Part shown: in pieces, positions 50,464 through 59,065 of the stretch
Layout: each line of letters starts with the position of its first letter
How positions within the stretch are numbered: the stretch's first letter is position 1
Source of the DNA: Myxococcales bacterium
GTDB lineage: Bacteria; Myxococcota_A; UBA9160; SMWR01
Reading direction: 5' to 3'
NCBI GenBank assembly: GCA_022561775.1
Contig: JADFQO010000003.1
Location: forward strand, 4,304 to 68,303
Length of the DNA: 64,000 bases
Notes under the pieces: model-generated
The model's database searches: none
What the model was told of the DNA's origin: nothing
The model's input: only the letters and a program-made list of their open reading frames with translations
Made by a program: the position numbers and the translations under genes

Positions 50464-52095
50464 ATGACTCTCCGGGCGCATCGATATCTGGCGATCGCGA
50501 GCGTTGTTGCAGGCATACTTGCGCACCGGTCTCTAGCGTTCTGGAATCCGGACCCGCACGGACAGGTGCGCTTCCAGGACTGGTTGTTCTCGTCGGCAGA
50601 CGCCATTCCCCAGATTTATTTCGCGCTTGCAGCCGCGCTCGCCTATCGGAATCGGAAGTCGTTTCGCAGCGCGATGGAGCGGGCCGGTTCGCCGGCTCTG
50701 GCACTCCTCTCGTTGTCGCTGGGCTCGGCGTTATTCGTCTGGGGTCATTACGTAGATGCCACGGATCTGCTCCTCGCATCGTTCGTGCTCGTCTCGATGG
50801 GCGTGGCGTTGCTCTGGTTCGGGATCGGCTTCGCGGCGGCGTGGTCGATTCCGTGTGTGATCCTCGCGTTCGCGTTTCCAATCCCGGCCGCGCTGACCAA
50901 CCAGATCTTCTATTCCCTCCGACTGTGGACGGCCGATCAGGCCACCGCGCTGCTCACCCTGGTCGGGTTCCCCGTGTATCACGAGGGGAACGTGATCTAC
51001 GGCGCCGATGTGGTCGCGCAGGTAATCGATAGCTGCAGCGGCTTGCGGGCGATGGAGATGCTCACTCTCGCCGCGTTCCTCTACGTGCAGTGGTCTCCCG
51101 CCGACCGCCTCCGGGGATGGTTGCTGATCGCGTTGGCGCCGCCGATCGCCTACCTGTTCAACCTGCTGCGGGTGTGTTTCCTGATCCCGGATCCGACCTC
51201 CGATCTCTCCGCGACGCATACCGTGCAGGGCTGGCTCGCGTTCTTTGGGGCGCTCACGGTTCTGATACTCGTCGATCGCGTTCTGGGCCGTCTGCTCTCG
51301 GGGCGATCCCACAGCGATTCCGTCTCTTCACCCGTGTGCGACCATCCGCAGCCGGCAGCTGACGCGGTGGCGTTGGCGAGCTCGAGGGCGGGTGGGTGGT
51401 CGATCGCGCTCGCGGCGCTGCTCGCCATGCTATTGGGCGTGTCCCTCTGGATGCCCCAATGGAGTTCAGCGGAGACCGAGGATTCCGCGAGCGCAACGCC
51501 GATCTTTGGGCCCGTGGTCAACCTTCCGAGCGAAATGGCTGGGTGGAGGAAGGGTAGGGCGCTCCCGCTGGACCGCGATTTTCTCTGGACGGTGCGCTTT
51601 CCCCAGTACGCAAACCGGCCCTACCGCCTGGACGGAGAGACGGTGGATCTGTTCGTCGGTTACGGCGACCGACGAGATCGCAGCAGGAGCCTGCTCTCGC
51701 CCAAAAATGCGCTTCCGGGGCGCGGATGGCAGGTCGAAGAGCGAAGTTTCGCGAGACTCGACTCTTGGGATAACCGGGTGACGCGGGTCGTGGCGCGTTC
51801 TGGACAGCGCCGCATTCTCACCTACCACTGGTACGAGGGGACCGATTCGATGGCGCTGGAAGCGCTGCGAGCGCTGTTCGCCACCGACCAGTCTCCGCGC
51901 TGGCGGAGCCAGCGACCGCGGGTGATTCGGATCGGCACTCGGGTCGGTGTGGGAGCACTCGAGGAAGCCGAGGCAGATCGGAAGCTTCGAGCGTTTGCCG
52001 GCGCGCTCGCCACGGCTCTGCGGGATGGCGAATCGAGCCCGTTGGTTACCCCGCGGGATATCGGGGTTGGGGGACGTACATCTCGGCGCGACTGA
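50464..52095 (+). CDS. Exosortase fused to EpsI-like domain
   Basis: Multi-TM; CSGLR, NLLR and HTVQG give a Cys-Arg-His triad; C-terminal R.Y....VDLFVGY...SPKNALPGRGW, YHWY. Confidence 0.88.
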   Translation: MTLRAHRYLAIASVVAGILAHRSLAFWNPDPHGQVRFQDWLFSSADAIPQIYFALAAALAYRNRKSFRSAMERAGSPALALLSLSLGSALFVWGHYVDATDLLLASFVLVSMGVALLWFGIGFAAAWSIPCVILAFAFPIPAALTNQIFYSLRLWTADQATALLTLVGFPVYHEGNVIYGADVVAQVIDSCSGLRAMEMLTLAAFLYVQWSPADRLRGWLLIALAPPIAYLFNLLRVCFLIPDPTSDLSATHTVQGWLAFFGALTVLILVDRVLGRLLSGRSHSDSVSSPVCDHPQPAADAVALASSRAGGWSIALAALLAMLLGVSLWMPQWSSAETEDSASATPIFGPVVNLPSEMAGWRKGRALPLDRDFLWTVRFPQYANRPYRLDGETVDLFVGYGDRRDRSRSLLSPKNALPGRGWQVEERSFARLDSWDNRVTRVVARSGQRRILTYHWYEGTDSMALEALRALFATDQSPRWRSQRPRVIRIGTRVGVGALEEAEADRKLRAFAGALATALRDGESSPLVTPRDIGVGGRTSRRD

Positions 52096-52115
52096 ACCCG
52101 AGTACCTTTTCTCTT

Positions 52116-52137
52116 TTTGAGAAAACATTTTCCCAAA
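52116..52137. promoter_or_regulatory. Imperfect palindrome, candidate enhancer (bEBP) site
   Basis: TTTGAGAAAA-CA-TTTTCCCAAA, ~85 bp upstream of the sigma54 element. Confidence 0.45.
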
Positions 52138-52180
52138 GCGGCTGGCTTCCGAATCCCATTCCAGCCTAAAAAATCTTCAG

Positions 52181-52193
52181 AATCAGTTAGTTG
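52181..52193 (+). promoter_or_regulatory. IHF binding site
   Basis: AATCAG-TTAG-TTG matches WATCAR-N4-TTR, with an A-tract at 52168-52173. Confidence 0.6.
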
Positions 52194-52219
52194 CGATATC
52201 TGTAGGGTCTTCCACCGTT

Positions 52220-52235
52220 TGGCACCAGTATTGCT
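52220..52235 (+). promoter_or_regulatory. Sigma54 (-24/-12) promoter
   Basis: TGGCAC-CAGTA-TTGCT, exact consensus and spacing. Confidence 0.8.
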
Positions 52236-52254
52236 CTTCTAGACGCTGCGGGAG

Positions 52255-52369
52255 GGAGTGGGGGAGCGAAGAACGCCATTGACATTGGCAGCGGCTGTGT
52301 GGTCTTTGGAGTTTGGAGGAGTGGGGAAGCGAAGAACGCCGTTGACATTGGCAGCGGCTTTGTGGTCTT
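52255..52369 (+). repeat. Tandem direct repeat, 2 copies, 63-bp period
   Basis: GGAGTGGGG(G/A)AGCGAAGAACGCC(A/G)TTGACATTGGCAGCGGCT(G/T)TGTGGTCTT at 52255 and 52318. Confidence 0.9.
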
Positions 52370-52489
52370 GTGGGAGAGCTGGGTTTCCGCGGCAACAGGT
52401 GCCGGTGGGCAAATCGCAGATCTGGAATCTGAGTTGTGAGTGTTTCTGAGATTCGAGTGTTTCGGAGTGTTTCGAAAAGGAGATTGGTT

Positions 52490-52969
52490 ATGAAGTTACA
52501 GCGCATAGTCAGCTGCATCACGGGCGTCTTCTTCGCGGTCGGCTTTGCCGCGTCCCAGGCGGGTGCGGGAACGGGGCCCGAGGGGTGCGACTTCACGCTT
52601 GAGTTCAAAGCGCTTCGCGGTGGCTCGCCCACGGTGAGCGTCGGAACGAAGAACATCACCGCCAAGGCCCTAATCGCGAAGGGGACGGCTACGAGCGATA
52701 CGACGATCGACGTGTCGCTGGTGATCGAAGCCCTTGTCGGAGGAGAGGTGGTCGACAGGCAGACTAGGGGCATACCCAATGAAGATGGCGGGAGCCTGAT
52801 TCGGCTCGGAGTCGGTAAAGGTGGGCACGGCGACAAGCTCGCGATGATAATTCAATCGGGCGATTGCGTCACCGGCGAACCCGTGAACTTCACCGCGACT
52901 TTCTCTGGACCGGACAGCGGCGGCGACCTCTGCATAGTAACCAAAACGATCACAAAGACCTGCAAATAG
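52490..52969 (+). CDS. Secreted hypothetical protein
   Basis: AAGGAG RBS, ATG 52490, signal peptide ending AGA, Thr/Gly-rich body with 4 Cys. Confidence 0.8.
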   Translation: MKLQRIVSCITGVFFAVGFAASQAGAGTGPEGCDFTLEFKALRGGSPTVSVGTKNITAKALIAKGTATSDTTIDVSLVIEALVGGEVVDRQTRGIPNEDGGSLIRLGVGKGGHGDKLAMIIQSGDCVTGEPVNFTATFSGPDSGGDLCIVTKTITKTCK

Positions 52970-53062
52970 TCGCTGAATTATTTCAGTAATTCTCTGCTGG
53001 TGTTGGCGGGTCTACCCGGGGCTCGAGACGATGGATCGGGTGGACCCGCATCCGGGGTTCCC

Positions 53063-54052
53063 ATGAATGCTGAACGGCCTGTACGCTACCCGAACGAACC
53101 GTCAAAGCGCGCGAGATCCAAAGGACCGAGTCGGTTGCCCCGCCTCAAGTGGCTGCTGGTTGCGGTCGGTCTGTGCTGGCTGTCTTGGCCCGCCCCGGCC
53201 GAGGCGCAAACCTGCGCGCATGACATCTGCGACGAGGGAATCAACCTGGATCAGAATTGCGATCCCTGCGTTGCCGACATCTGTGCTTTCTTTCCCCACT
53301 GCTGCCAATTCGAATGGGACTTTGAATGTGTTGCCGAGGTCCTGACGACCTGTGAGGATTGGATCTGCGCCGCCGCCTGCAGCCATAATCTCTGCGAGAT
53401 CGGGGAGCCCCTCGACTCCACGTGCACCTTTTGCGCCGCGAAGGTGTGTTTTAACGATCCCAGCTGCTGTGCGGATAGCTGGGACGCGTCTTGCGTTTTC
53501 AAGGTTCAACAGGAGTGCGGCTTCCAGTGTGCACCGGGAGCCAACAGATGCTCCGAAGCGCTCCCAATCACTCCGGGTAGGATCTTCGGCACCCTCACCG
53601 ATTCGACCAACGATGGCTGCGAGACCGCGCATGTCTCCTGCCAAAGCGGGGACGTGTGGTACGAATATACGCCGGTGGTAGTCCAGGATTTTGTGCTCTC
53701 CACGTGCTCGACCCAGCGCGCGTTTGGCATCGACACCGTGATATCGGTGCACGAGGGCTGCCCCGGGAACACGGGCAACGAGATCATCTCGAACGATGAC
53801 TACCGGCAAGGATTACTAGCGACGGAGTGCGCCAATGTCGCCACTCCCAACGTCCTCGACTCCGCACTCCCGCTCGGGGGGTTCTTTCAGCTTGCTGTCG
53901 GCGAGACCGTGCTCCTCCGGGTGTCCCACCACGAAGACTCCATCAAAGGCAACTTCGAACTCAGGCTCCTGCCGGAGCCCGAGGTCTGGCTGGCGTTCGT
54001 TGCCGGAGCCGGAGCGCTGGGCGCCCTCTCGCGGCGGCGGGCTCGGCGCTAG
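53063..54052 (+). CDS. Cys-rich PEP-CTERM sorting-signal protein
   Basis: Signal peptide ending AEA, two 10-Cys repeats, C-terminal LPEP + TM helix + RRRARR; start approximate. Confidence 0.88.
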   Translation: MNAERPVRYPNEPSKRARSKGPSRLPRLKWLLVAVGLCWLSWPAPAEAQTCAHDICDEGINLDQNCDPCVADICAFFPHCCQFEWDFECVAEVLTTCEDWICAAACSHNLCEIGEPLDSTCTFCAAKVCFNDPSCCADSWDASCVFKVQQECGFQCAPGANRCSEALPITPGRIFGTLTDSTNDGCETAHVSCQSGDVWYEYTPVVVQDFVLSTCSTQRAFGIDTVISVHEGCPGNTGNEIISNDDYRQGLLATECANVATPNVLDSALPLGGFFQLAVGETVLLRVSHHEDSIKGNFELRLLPEPEVWLAFVAGAGALGALSRRRARR

Positions 54053-54101
54053 CAATTCATCTAGATTCGCTGGGGTGGGTTTCAAAACCTCACGCGCACA
54101 G

Positions 54102-57100
54102 GTGAAGTGCGCCCGCGCTCTGGTGGTGATGGCGGCCTTCGCGCTGCTGCCGAGTTCGGCGGCTCTCGCGCAGCAGGCGACCAAATCCGCGGAAGTCGAG
54201 ACGCTCGATGCCGATGTCGACCCGCTCTACCGCGAGGGCCGCTTCGACGAGGCGATTGCGCTCGCAGAGCGCGCGCTCTCGATCCAGGAAAGAACACTCG
54301 GCCCCGAGCATCCCGGCGTAGTCAACGCGATCAATAACCTCGCCCTGCTCTACCGGGCCGCGGGTGACTACGTGGCTGCGGAAACCCTCTTTGAGCGGGT
54401 GCTCGAGATCACGACGGACACCCTCGGACCCCGGGACCCCGCGATTGCGATCACGATCAACAATCTGGGGATGCTCTATTGGGAGCAGGGTGACCACGCG
54501 CGCGCCGCTCGGTACCTGGACAAGGCGCTCTCGATCTGGGAACGCTCCCTCGGTCCCGATCGCCCCGAAGTTGCGGTCTCTCTCAGCAACCTGGCGTCGC
54601 TGTATCGAAAGACGGGGAATTTCGAGCGAGCCGAGCCACTCTACGAAAAGGCGCTCTCGATCTGGGAGAAGAGCCCGGACGCCATTCACGACCAACTCGT
54701 CGACGTATTGCACAGTCTCGCTGCGATCCGTCAGGGCAATGGCGACTACGAACGCGCTGAATCGTTCTTGAAACGCGCACTTGCCCTCGAGGAGAAGGCT
54801 CACGGCGCCGACCACACCGAGACCGCCGTCGCGCTCAGCAATCTCGCGTCGCTCTACTACGAGTCCGGCGACTACGCTCGTGCCAGGCCTCTGTTGGAGC
54901 GGGTGCTTGCGATCATGGAAGGCGCCCGCGGCCCCGATCACCCCGATGTCGCCTCCGCGTTGAGCAATCTGGCCTCGGTCCACGCCGCGATGGGCAAACC
55001 CGCGAGCGCAGAGCCTCTCTACGAGCGAGCGCTCGAGATTCGGTCGGAGGCCCTGGGGTCGGATCATCTCGCCGTCGCGGCATCCCTCGAAAACCTCGCC
55101 TCACTCTATCGAGCGCAGGGCGAATTCGCGCGTTCACGACCGCTCTGCGAACGCGCGCTCGTGATCCGCGTGGCGAACCACGGGCCCGAGCATCTCGATG
55201 TCGCCAGGATCACCAGTGATCTCGGCGCGACCCACTGGGCGCTGGGTGATTTCGCGATCGCAGAGCCGCTCTTCGAGCGCGCGTTATTGATCCGAGAGAA
55301 GGCTCTCGGTCCCGAGCATCCCGCGGTCGCCACTTCCGTCGACAATCTCGCCTCGGTGTACCTGGCGCAGGGCCATCACGCGAGAGCGAAGCCCTTGTAC
55401 GAAGCAGCGCTCGCAATCCGAGAGAAGGCCTTCGGGCCCGAACATCCCGCCGTCGTGCAGTCGCTTCGCAATCTGGGCTTGATGCACTGGGCAAAGGGTG
55501 ATTGGGAGCAGGCCGAGAGCTACCTCGTTCGCACCGCGGAGATCGAGGAGCGGCAGATTTCACTGCTGCCTCCGGTCCAGTTCGAAGATCGGGCGCGCGC
55601 GTTCATGGAGGCGCTCTCGAATACCACGAGCCTGATTCTGTCATTCCAGAGCAAGCGGCCCGACCAGCGATCGACGACTCGCCTGGCGCTTACGACGGTC
55701 CTCCGGCGCAAGGGGCGAGAACTGAGCGTGGAGGCTGGCGAATCGGCTGTGTTCCGTCGACGCTTGGGAGATCAGGAGCGCGCGGTTTTCGACAGCCTGC
55801 TCGCGCACCGCAACGAGCTTGGGCGCCTGATCGTGCGGGGATCTGATCGGCCTCGTTCCAGATCCCTTCGAGCAAGCGTCGAGAAGTTACGACGCGAAGT
55901 GGGTGATCTCGAAAAGGCAGCCGTGAGCGGGGGAGCTGCAAGGCGGTCATGGGCCGCTCCGATTCAAATCGAGGATCTTCAGCCGAGAATTCCCGCGGAC
56001 GCCGCGCTGGTCGAGCTGGTCGAGTATCAGGACTTCGATCCCACCCGGATTTCGGCTGATCGCGCTCGCGGGATCGCGCGTCTAGCGGCCTTTGTTTTGC
56101 GCTCTTCCGGAGCACCGCGATGGGTCCCGCTCGGAGAGGCAGCGGCGATCAACGCGAGCGTCGGTGCGTTTCGGGAGGTACTGGTCGACCCGGATGTTTC
56201 CCTGAAGAAGCTGCGCGAGCGAGCCCGCGACCTGTACGATCGCCTGGCAGCGCCCCTCGACCCCCACCTGGAGGGGATTCGAGTCCTGTTGGTCGCTCCC
56301 GACGGTGCGGCGGTCCTGGTTCCGTTTGGCGCATTGATCGACCCGGATGGCCGCTATTGGATCGAGCGTTACGAATTTGCCTATCTGACCAGCGGGCGCG
56401 ACCTGTTGCTTCCGAACTCGGCGCTCCCTTCGCCGGGGCCGCCGCTGGTAATTGCTGCCCCCGATTACGACGCGGAGCATCCGGCGGGGAGGAGGGCGAT
56501 CGGCGAGGCTCCCACGCGGCTTTTGCCGGAAATCGCAGCGCCGCATTTTTCGCCGATCGCGTTGTCTCAGACGGGCGCTTTGGATGTCGGAAGGCTGTTG
56601 GGCGTCACGCCATTGACCGGCGCGCAGGCGAGCGATGCTGCGATCAAAACGGCGCGAGCGCCCCGTGTGCTGCATATCGCGGTGGATGGTTTCTTTCTGC
56701 CGGATCAGGCCCGGGAACCAACGGTGCGCTGGGGCTCGATTCTCGGCATCGATCCGGGCTTGCGACCTCCGAACTCCGAGAACCCGCTGTTGCGCTCCGG
56801 CCTCGCGCTGGCGGGTGCAAACCGTCGGGCGAATGACGCAGACCGCGGTCTCCTGACGGCCCTGGAGATCGCCGACCTCGATCTGTGGGGAACACAGCTC
56901 GTCGCGATTGCGGTTCGCGGGATCGGATCGGAGGAAGCCGCGGTCGATCAGGCCGTCTACGCGCTCCGGCGCTCGTTGGTGATCGCCGGGGCCCAATCGC
57001 AATTCATGAACCTGTGGAAGACGGACCATCGAGCTGCGATCGAATTGACGACTACCTACTACGAGCGCCTGCTAGCGGGCGAAGGCCGCTCGGAGGCGTT

Positions 57101-57245
57101 GCGAAGCGTTCAGCTCGCAATGCTTCGAAGTGAGAGCCGCAGTCATCCCTTCTACTGGGCGGGCTTCATCTCGATCGGCGCGCGGGGCCCGATCGCGTGG
57201 ACAGATTCCCGCGAGGCCGTTCAAGAGATCTCCAGCTCGCCGTAG
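54102..57245 (+). CDS. TPR + CHAT domain protein lacking catalytic residues
   Basis: Signal-like N-terminus, 11 x 42-aa TPR (LGPEHP type), PDG...VPFGAL, NPLLRSGLALAGAN, HPFYWAGF; start 54102 or 54129. Confidence 0.9.
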   Translation: MKCARALVVMAAFALLPSSAALAQQATKSAEVETLDADVDPLYREGRFDEAIALAERALSIQERTLGPEHPGVVNAINNLALLYRAAGDYVAAETLFERVLEITTDTLGPRDPAIAITINNLGMLYWEQGDHARAARYLDKALSIWERSLGPDRPEVAVSLSNLASLYRKTGNFERAEPLYEKALSIWEKSPDAIHDQLVDVLHSLAAIRQGNGDYERAESFLKRALALEEKAHGADHTETAVALSNLASLYYESGDYARARPLLERVLAIMEGARGPDHPDVASALSNLASVHAAMGKPASAEPLYERALEIRSEALGSDHLAVAASLENLASLYRAQGEFARSRPLCERALVIRVANHGPEHLDVARITSDLGATHWALGDFAIAEPLFERALLIREKALGPEHPAVATSVDNLASVYLAQGHHARAKPLYEAALAIREKAFGPEHPAVVQSLRNLGLMHWAKGDWEQAESYLVRTAEIEERQISLLPPVQFEDRARAFMEALSNTTSLILSFQSKRPDQRSTTRLALTTVLRRKGRELSVEAGESAVFRRRLGDQERAVFDSLLAHRNELGRLIVRGSDRPRSRSLRASVEKLRREVGDLEKAAVSGGAARRSWAAPIQIEDLQPRIPADAALVELVEYQDFDPTRISADRARGIARLAAFVLRSSGAPRWVPLGEAAAINASVGAFREVLVDPDVSLKKLRERARDLYDRLAAPLDPHLEGIRVLLVAPDGAAVLVPFGALIDPDGRYWIERYEFAYLTSGRDLLLPNSALPSPGPPLVIAAPDYDAEHPAGRRAIGEAPTRLLPEIAAPHFSPIALSQTGALDVGRLLGVTPLTGAQASDAAIKTARAPRVLHIAVDGFFLPDQAREPTVRWGSILGIDPGLRPPNSENPLLRSGLALAGANRRANDADRGLLTALEIADLDLWGTQLVAIAVRGIGSEEAAVDQAVYALRRSLVIAGAQSQFMNLWKTDHRAAIELTTTYYERLLAGEGRSEALRSVQLAMLRSESRSHPFYWAGFISIGARGPIAWTDSREAVQEISSSP

Positions 57246-57351
57246 TTCTCGGCGAGTTCCGTGCTGGCTGAGAACTCCCGCCGTCCGCCCGCCTCCGCGT
57301 CCGAGCCCCGGTCTGGCGCTGTAGGCTCGTTCGCGGGACCGACGAGCAGAA

Positions 57352-58161
57352 TCATTCGAACTGGCTTTCGCGCCAGCGGATCGCGGCACCGAGGCCGTCG
57401 CGTTCCCGCACTTCGTCGAATTTCCGGGAAGTCTCGGTTACGGTGCCGTCGAGAATCGCGCCGCTCTCGACCCCGTAGCGCAGGGCCTCGCGAAATCCCG
57501 CGATTTCTGCGCCGCGGTTGATCGAGGCCTTGGTGGTCTTGAGGCCCTCCAGCGAGATGGTTGCGACGCGGCGCGCGAAGCGCAGCGTTTCTTCTTCGAG
57601 CCGATCGTCCGGGAATACCCGATTGATCATTCCGACGCGGACGGCCTCTTCGGCGTCGATCAGATCGCCCGTGTAGAGCAGCTCGCGGGCCTTCTTCAAT
57701 CCGACCAGCCAGGGCATGATCAGTGCGGGAGGCGAGCTGGAAAAACGGATTTCGGGCTCTCCGAACTTCGCGGTCTCCGAAGCGAAGGTCACGCAGCACA
57801 TCATCGCGAGTTCGCAGCTCCCGGCGAGACAATAGCCCCGCACCATCGCGATCACGGGCTTCGAACAATCCCAGGGGGTGAATTCGAACTCCAGGCAGTC
57901 GGTCAGCATGCGCCGCGCACCCATGGGGCCGCCTTCGGGATAGTGCTTGTCCCAGTCGAACTTGAGGTCGTAGCCCGCACCGAAGTTGGGCCCCTTGCCA
58001 CTGAGCACGAGCACGTGGACTTCCGGATCCGCGTCCGCCTGCCCGATCGCCGAGGAGAGTTCTTCCATCAGGCCGGGATGGATCGCATTCATTGATTTGG
58101 GTCGATTGATCTGCAGCCGCGCGATCCGGTCGCGGACCTCGTACTCGATTTCGTTTGCCAT
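57352..58161 (-). CDS. Enoyl-CoA hydratase/isomerase family protein
   Basis: INRPKSMNA, FGAGYDL, KPVIAMVRG, FGEPE, ARELLYTG. Confidence 0.92.
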   Translation of the reverse strand: MANEIEYEVRDRIARLQINRPKSMNAIHPGLMEELSSAIGQADADPEVHVLVLSGKGPNFGAGYDLKFDWDKHYPEGGPMGARRMLTDCLEFEFTPWDCSKPVIAMVRGYCLAGSCELAMMCCVTFASETAKFGEPEIRFSSSPPALIMPWLVGLKKARELLYTGDLIDAEEAVRVGMINRVFPDDRLEEETLRFARRVATISLEGLKTTKASINRGAEIAGFREALRYGVESGAILDGTVTETSRKFDEVRERDGLGAAIRWRESQFE

Positions 58162-58192
58162 TTCGCTCCACCGCTTATGAAAATCCAGCGCC

Positions 58193-58220
58193 ATTATAAC
58201 TGCTCTCGATCTCTTGGCAT
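58193..58220 (-). promoter_or_regulatory. Putative sigma70 promoter
   Basis: Reverse strand ATGCCA-N16-TATAAT upstream of the hydratase gene. Confidence 0.45.
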
Positions 58221-58276
58221 GCACGATCGCTTTGCCTGTGTGGGTAGCCCGACGCGCGTGGCAAGATGCCTGTCTT

Positions 58277-59065
58277 TCAACAGGCCTGCTCGGTGTCCGC
58301 TTCGTGTTCGAAGGTGGGGTCGATCTCGAGATAATCGCCGAGCCAGCGCACCCCGATGTAGAAGGGGAGGGTGTCGAGCAGCGCCACGCTGGCTTTGAAC
58401 ACGTAGCCCGATCCGATGAATACCCAGAGCTGCGGCCAGAGTGGCTCGCCGCCGTCGATTGGAAGGCCGCGAGCGTAGAAGTGCGTGATCGTAATGACCG
58501 CGAAGGTATCCACGAACTGACTCACGAGTGTCGAGCCGTTGTTGCGGAGCCAGAGATGCCGCCCTTTGGTCAAGCGTTTCCAAAAGTGAAACAAAAACAC
58601 GTCACAGAATTGAGCGGCGAGGTAGGCGACCATCGACGCGACCACCGCACCCATCGTGAGCATGCGGATCCGGTAGAACGCAAAGTCATACGCATCCGCC
58701 GCCGGCAATCCCGTCGAAGCGTTCAACTCGGCAGCCGGCGGCAGAACTCCTCCGAGCCAGATGAAGAGCACGACCCAGAGATTCAGCAAGAGACCGACCC
58801 ATACCACGAAGCTCGCCCGACGGCGTCCGTAGAGTTCGCTGATGAAATCGGTGCAGAGAAATGTGATCGGATAGGGGAGGACGCCTATTGCCAGCGTCAT
58901 GGGGATTCCGATTCCGAACCATTCGAACGAAAGGTCGATGAACCTGGACACTCCGAGGATGTTGAGCATGGTCATCGAGCCAAGGAAGATCCCGGCCAGG
59001 ACGAGAAAAACGCGTTCGCGGCGGGCGTGTAACGCGGAAGCTTCGATCGAATGCAAGTGGCTCAC
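58277..59065 (-). CDS. yhhQ: Queuosine precursor transporter (VUT/YhhQ family)
   Basis: GVLPYPITFLCTDFISELYG, ASMVAYL.AQF.D, LWLRNNGSTLVSQFVDT, ALLDT; GTG start overlaps the upstream stop. Confidence 0.9.
   Translation of the reverse strand: MSHLHSIEASALHARRERVFLVLAGIFLGSMTMLNILGVSRFIDLSFEWFGIGIPMTLAIGVLPYPITFLCTDFISELYGRRRASFVVWVGLLLNLWVVLFIWLGGVLPPAAELNASTGLPAADAYDFAFYRIRMLTMGAVVASMVAYLAAQFCDVFLFHFWKRLTKGRHLWLRNNGSTLVSQFVDTFAVITITHFYARGLPIDGGEPLWPQLWVFIGSGYVFKASVALLDTLPFYIGVRWLGDYLEIDPTFEHEADTEQAC

Noticed and set aside
52255-52369. Tandem repeat as a CRISPR array
   Set aside because: Only two copies, the unit is too long, the gap is ~11 bp and there are no cas genes
54102-57245. TPR-CHAT as a Craspase or anti-phage protease
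   Set aside because: No CRISPR, gasdermin or other defence genes nearby; signal-like N-terminus; catalytic dyad absent
47500-57300. Accessory block as a mobile element
   Set aside because: No integrase, transposase, tRNA target or flanking repeats; base composition looks like the backbone
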